DNA of 64,000 nucleotides from NCBI RefSeq assembly GCF_055900595.2, contig NZ_CM148325.1; one strand, 5' to 3'. Shown piece by piece: positions 62,877 to 64,000 of this stretch (position 1 is its first letter; each line of letters starts with the position of its first letter). The notes under the pieces were generated by a model. It saw only the letters and a program-made list of their open reading frames with translations, ran no database searches and was not told where the DNA came from. The position numbers and the translations under genes were made by a program.

Positions 62877-64000
62877 TCAATCAGCCACTAATAGCGGACT
62901 AGGGATACCAGATGATGAAACAAACAGCCCTTTTACGGCACGGGTTGCAGCCACATGCAGTAACGCGCGCTCATTAAATAATGCATCACGCTGTTCAACG
63001 GGATCATCGGATGCTAATGCTTTTATTTCCGGCACAACGCCTTCGTTAATCCCCACCAGGAACACATACTGGAACTCAAGCCCTTTAATACGGTGCATCG
63101 TTGCAACTCGCACGCCTGGGCGTGCATCGCTGTCACCGCTATCATTGCCTAAATTAAATGTCTCAATTCCGGCGTCATTGAGTGCTGATGCGTAGCGGTC
63201 GCAAGCATGTTTAGTACGCGCAGTAATGCAGATATCCTGAGAACGAACCTGATTCGCCAGCAATGCCTGAATTTGCTTGACGAGCGTTGCAGCCTCTTCT
63301 TTGAAATCTGCCGCATGCGTAATCATGGGCTTTTCCCCGTGCAGTAATGACAAATAATCATTACTGGTATCCGCTTCGCCATCGAGGTTATCAACCTTCA
63401 CACCAGTTAACAGCCCAACAGCAAATTGACGCGTCTCTTCTGTGGTCCGATAGTTAATCTTCAATTTTTTACTGCGACGACCACGGACGTTAATACCACA
63501 CTGACCAAGAACGACCTTATTGCGATAAATACGCTGATGCCCATCCCCGACAATAAACAGATCGTTGGGCGACTCGGGAACCAGGCTGCGAATAAGAGTA
63601 AATGCCGGGGCACCGATATCTTGAGCTTCATCGACGACAATACTGCTATAAGGTAGTTGGACCTGCTTTTCTTTAAACAGAACAATAGCCTCATGCATGG
63701 CATCGCCCATTTCGCGCAGTTTGGCACGCGCCATTTGTGCTCTGAATTCTTCGAAAACTGGCCAGATTTTCGCCCGTTGAATACGGGATAACGCTGTACC
63801 ACGTCCAACCCGGCTGACTTTGAGGTATTCCTCCCGGGTGTAAACCGCATTTGGCTGGACAACGCGTTGCCACTCTTCAGCATAGAAATTGTCAGGTAGC
63901 CCCAGTTCGGCAGGTGCCTGCTGCAAGGCATAGTTCCAGCATTTACGTCGCCCTTCATCGCTGTCGTATACCACGCGGAAATCATAACCGTGGCGTTTTA
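62877..64000 (-). CDS. UvrD/Rep-like superfamily 1 helicase, C-terminal part (5' end beyond window)
   Basis: ORF track 62877..63974, whose first M is a GTG; the frame stays open to the window edge. Product contains helicase motifs (VDEAQD, GDGHQRIY, VATMHRIKGLEFQYVFLVG, LLHVAATRA). Position corresponds to yjhR of K-12, which I recall as a pseudogene. Confidence 0.7.
   Translation of the reverse strand, partial: KRHGYDFRVVYDSDEGRRKCWNYALQQAPAELGLPDNFYAEEWQRVVQPNAVYTREEYLKVSRVGRGTALSRIQRAKIWPVFEEFRAQMARAKLREMGDAMHEAIVLFKEKQVQLPYSSIVVDEAQDIGAPAFTLIRSLVPESPNDLFIVGDGHQRIYRNKVVLGQCGINVRGRRSKKLKINYRTTEETRQFAVGLLTGVKVDNLDGEADTSNDYLSLLHGEKPMITHAADFKEEAATLVKQIQALLANQVRSQDICITARTKHACDRYASALNDAGIETFNLGNDSGDSDARPGVRVATMHRIKGLEFQYVFLVGINEGVVPEIKALASDDPVEQRDALFNERALLHVAATRAVKGLFVSSSGIPSPLLVAD

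Overview
The window reads as an Escherichia coli chromosomal segment with a K-12-like backbone gene order, interrupted by several accessory insertions. Backbone, left to right: btsT(yjiY)-yjiX-yjiA, then yjiS-yjiR-rpnD-mdtM-yjiN-yjiM-yjiL-yjiK-yjiJ, kptA-yjiH-yjiG-iadA-hypT-iraD-yjiC, uxuR-uxuB-uxuA, gntP, the complete type 1 fimbrial locus fimHGFDCIA with the 314-bp fimS invertible switch and fimE/fimB, and nanC-nanM-nanS. Accessory content: (1) a divergent pair upstream of btsT, a partial N-acyl-D-amino-acid deacylase-like amidohydrolase and a DSD1/alanine-racemase-fold PLP enzyme; (2) a brnT/brnA toxin-antitoxin pair; (3) an Mrr-family endonuclease plus a Type I restriction-modification operon in hsdM-hsdS-hsdR order, not the EcoKI family; (4) the most interesting region, an AT-rich islet at about 14.57-17.29 kb with a 23-unit CATCA pentanucleotide microsatellite upstream of a compact three-ORF module (small ORF, half-size single-TRD HsdS-like protein, short HsdM-like N6-adenine methyltransferase) with no restriction subunit of its own; (5) an AT-rich pentapeptide-repeat protein gene with in-frame tandem repeats; (6) a 1746-aa intimin/invasin-type inverse autotransporter; (7) an apparently truncated nanS, an IS4-family transposase remnant, an AT-rich 216-aa orphan ORF and a partial UvrD-like helicase at the right edge. 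No rRNA, tRNA or CRISPR array was recognised. Gene names rest on recognition of conserved E. coli proteins and motifs in the ORF translations; no database search was run. CDS coordinates include the stop codon, following the ORF track. Starts were set from the ORF-track frame; features I located by reading the raw sequence myself are approximate to a few bases.
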